A stretch of DNA of 64,000 bases from positions 96,001 through 160,000 of the forward strand of contig JAHLVW010000062.1 in assembly GCA_019058275.1 (NCBI GenBank), read 5' to 3'. The DNA comes from Candidatus Heimdallarchaeota archaeon (GTDB lineage Archaea > Asgardarchaeota > Heimdallarchaeia > JABLTI01). The number at the start of each line of letters is the position of its first letter. Position 1 is the stretch's first letter. Below, piece after piece: positions 61,420 through 64,000 of the stretch. The notes under the pieces are model-generated. The model was not told where the DNA came from, did no database searches, and saw only the letters and a list, made by a program, of their open reading frames with translations. Both the position numbers and the translations under genes were made by a program.

Positions 61420-63208
61420 GTATGGTTTTGGTGGGAAAATACTCAGAATCAATCTTTCAGAGAAAGAATATAAAATTGAGAAATTTTCTTCAAGCTGGAT
61501 TAAACCACTTATTGGTGGAAGAACTGCAAACACGAAAATACTCTATGATGAATTAGATTTTGAATGCAATCCTTTGGGTGAAGAAAACATACTCATCTTT
61601 GGTATTGGTCCATTAACTGGCTCTATTCTTCCAGCATCAGCATATTTTACAGTAACAGCTAAATCACCTTTAACAGGAATTTTAGGTGACTCAGCAGCAG
61701 GTGGTTCATTTGGACCAGAAATGAAGCAAACAGGTTTTGATCAAATTATAATAACTGGAAAAGCAAAAGAATTACTATATTTGTTGATTAAGGATAATGA
61801 AGTAGAATTCCATCCTTCCTCTAATTTGGCTAGTAAGACAATTATTGAGACTACTAGTTATATCAGACAAAAACACAAGGATTATGCTATCCAAGTAGCT
61901 GCAATAGGTTCTGCAGGAGAGCACCAAGTTTTCTACTCAGCAATCGTCTCGAGCGGAAATCGAGTTAATGGACGAACTGGAATGGGTGCAGTTATGGGTT
62001 CAAAAAATCTAAAAGCAATAGCCGTTCGAGGTTCAAGTCCGGTAGAATATGCAAATCCAGTAATTCTTAAACAAGAATCAGAGAAAATACAAACAGCAAT
62101 TATGAAGCATAATGAATATACCAAAAGATACAATCTAGGAACTACCATGCTCATGAATGATTTAAACAGCATTGGTATACTGCCAACAAATCACTTCCAA
62201 GAAGGAGTTTGTAAATATATAGATGAAATATCAGGAGAAAAACTAGCAAGTACCTATAAAGTGAAAAATAAATCTTGTTTTAATTGTAATCTTCATTGCT
62301 CGAGATACTATATTTGTGATAACAAAGAAGCAGAGGGACCTGAATTTGAAACACTTTGTAGTTTTACTTCAAAAATAGGTAGCTCTAACCTTCCTTTTGC
62401 TCTTGAGATGAACCTTTGGTTAAATCAAATGGGTTTGGATTCTATTTCAACTTCAGAAGTTATTGCTTGGATAATGGAGTGTCAAGAACGAGGTTTAGTA
62501 CAACCAGAAGAACTAGAAGGCCTTGAATTAAAGTGGGGAGATACAGAAAAAGTTCGAGAAATAGTAAAGAAGATAACCTTTAGGGAAGGAATAGGTGACA
62601 AGTTAGCAAACGGTGCAAGAAATCTATCATTGGATTTCAGTGAAGAAGCACAAAAATTAGTTCTGCATGTAAAAGGTTTAGATGTAATTAATGGAGATCC
62701 AAGAGGGATTAAAGCTTATGGATTAACATATGCAATAGCTTCACGAGGTGGAGACCATCTAAGAGCTGAACCATTTTTTGAATTAACTAATCGAAAAGAA
62801 GAAGCTAAAAGGAGATTCGGAACTGAAAAAGCTGCTGATCGATTGTCAGAAGAAGGTAAAGCTGCTCTTGTAGTTTATTCAGAGAAAATCGCACTTCTAA
62901 CAGATAGTATGACCATGTGCAAAAACATTGGTTTGTGTATGGACATCTTAAATTTTGAGAATGTTTCTAATCTTCTGAATGCGTGTTCAGGATTGAATTA
63001 TACACCAGATTATTTACAGAGAATAATGAAAGAATCCATTGATTTACAACAAAAGCTCAATGAAAAATTTGGCATTACTCGAGAAGATGATACTTTACCT
63101 GAAAGATTTATTTCTGAAACATTAAAGCAGGGACCAACTATGGGTTCAACAGTTAATATTGAAAAGATGGTGGATGAATATTATAAACTACATAATTGGA
63201 AAAGTTAA
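61412..63208 (+). CDS. aor: Tungsten aldehyde:ferredoxin oxidoreductase family protein
   Basis: GKILRINLS, KSPLTG, GRTGMGAVMGSKNLKAI, CFNCNLHC, EFET, RGGDH, DDTLPERF; probable TTG at 61412. Confidence 0.93.
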   Translation: MLKYGFGGKILRINLSEKEYKIEKFSSSWIKPLIGGRTANTKILYDELDFECNPLGEENILIFGIGPLTGSILPASAYFTVTAKSPLTGILGDSAAGGSFGPEMKQTGFDQIIITGKAKELLYLLIKDNEVEFHPSSNLASKTIIETTSYIRQKHKDYAIQVAAIGSAGEHQVFYSAIVSSGNRVNGRTGMGAVMGSKNLKAIAVRGSSPVEYANPVILKQESEKIQTAIMKHNEYTKRYNLGTTMLMNDLNSIGILPTNHFQEGVCKYIDEISGEKLASTYKVKNKSCFNCNLHCSRYYICDNKEAEGPEFETLCSFTSKIGSSNLPFALEMNLWLNQMGLDSISTSEVIAWIMECQERGLVQPEELEGLELKWGDTEKVREIVKKITFREGIGDKLANGARNLSLDFSEEAQKLVLHVKGLDVINGDPRGIKAYGLTYAIASRGGDHLRAEPFFELTNRKEEAKRRFGTEKAADRLSEEGKAALVVYSEKIALLTDSMTMCKNIGLCMDILNFENVSNLLNACSGLNYTPDYLQRIMKESIDLQQKLNEKFGITREDDTLPERFISETLKQGPTMGSTVNIEKMVDEYYKLHNWKS

Positions 63209-63324
63209 TTTCAAAATCTTATGATACCATTGATTCATTATACAAGAAATCTTTATTAACAATGTGTATCTATTTTGGAGTATTAAGTGGGAATCTTATA
63301 GATGCTATTGTGTGGAGTTAAATA

Positions 63325-64000
63325 ATGAACTTAAAAAAAGAAAGTATTCTAATTGTTTTTATGTTTTGTATTTTGGTTTCTACTCCGTTTTTTTTGAAAA
63401 ATAATGAGCAGAAGAAATTTAATGATTCTATTAATATAATTGAAATAGAAAAAACATCTCCAGAAAAAGCTATTTTTGATGCTACACCTCCAGGAGATAA
63501 CATTACAGAATTAAGCGTATTAGATGATATTTATGGTGGAGTATCAAGAGATGTCTACATCAATGGTAGTTACGCTTATATAGCTACATCAGAAGGTGGA
63601 CTGGTCGTTGTTAATATAACAAATCCAACAAGTCCAACAGCAATTGATTATTTCTGGGATGAATTCGAAGCAGATGAAGTTTATGTAGAAGATGAGTATG
63701 TATATCTTGGACATAGACAATCAGGATTGCAAATATTCAATGCTTCAGATCCAAGCAACATAACAAAAATTGGTCAATACAGTTCAAATTATTGCGGTGA
63801 ATTTACAATTATTGATAATATAGCCTATATAGCAGGACAATGGACAGATTTAGTTATAGTAAATATAACTGATCGAACAAATCCAGAAAAGCTTGGAGAA
63901 TATAACAATGGTACAACAATATCTTATGGTATCTCCATACAAGGCAATTATGCCTATGTGACTCATGGAACATGGTGTGTTCACGTTGTAGATATATCAA
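63325..64000 (+). CDS. Secreted LVIVD-repeat protein, 3' partial
   Basis: Signal peptide; YAYIATSEGGLVVVNITNPTSP repeats; open to the window end. Confidence 0.85.
   Translation, partial: MNLKKESILIVFMFCILVSTPFFLKNNEQKKFNDSINIIEIEKTSPEKAIFDATPPGDNITELSVLDDIYGGVSRDVYINGSYAYIATSEGGLVVVNITNPTSPTAIDYFWDEFEADEVYVEDEYVYLGHRQSGLQIFNASDPSNITKIGQYSSNYCGEFTIIDNIAYIAGQWTDLVIVNITDRTNPEKLGEYNNGTTISYGISIQGNYAYVTHGTWCVHVVDIS

Noticed and set aside
1021-63503. Numerous 60-210 aa ORFs antisense to or nested in long genes (e.g. 7958-8590, 2731-3021, 63318-63503)
   Set aside because: No motifs; fully overlap well-supported genes; typical shadow ORFs
1-64000. tRNA, rRNA or CRISPR arrays
   Set aside because: Intergenic regions are short and AT-rich; no cloverleaf-like GC-rich segment or repeat-spacer array was seen by eye (tRNAscan-SE/Infernal would confirm)

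Overview
AT-rich, gene-dense archaeal chromosomal window. It most likely comes from an Asgard archaeon (Heimdallarchaeia-like); this is inferred from an Arf-like GTPase fragment, TPR-longin fusions, a uDENN/longin-like protein, WD40/HEAT genes, ftr, a tungsten AOR and frequent TTG starts. No rRNA, tRNA, CRISPR array, transposase or intact integrase was recognised. Main points: (1) a split PlsA/PlsR/Ger-like reductase operon near a B12-radical-SAM C-terminus, a candidate bacterial-type ether/membrane-spanning lipid pathway; (2) a cupin gene interrupted by a 6.2 kb ABC-exporter cassette flanked by a 71-bp, 80%-identical, synonymously diverged direct repeat; (3) a SLOG-wHTH / YaaA(DpdC)-like / nucleotidyltransferase operon divergent from a SAMHD1-like HD dNTPase; (4) an SDR-acyltransferase-sulfotransferase-amidohydrolase operon; (5) two paralogous 'small secreted protein + tandem-wHTH regulator' modules facing each other around TPR-longin, GNAT, WD40 and HEAT genes; (6) about a dozen pseudogenes or gene remnants. 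All family calls are by-eye motif recognition; no database searches were run.
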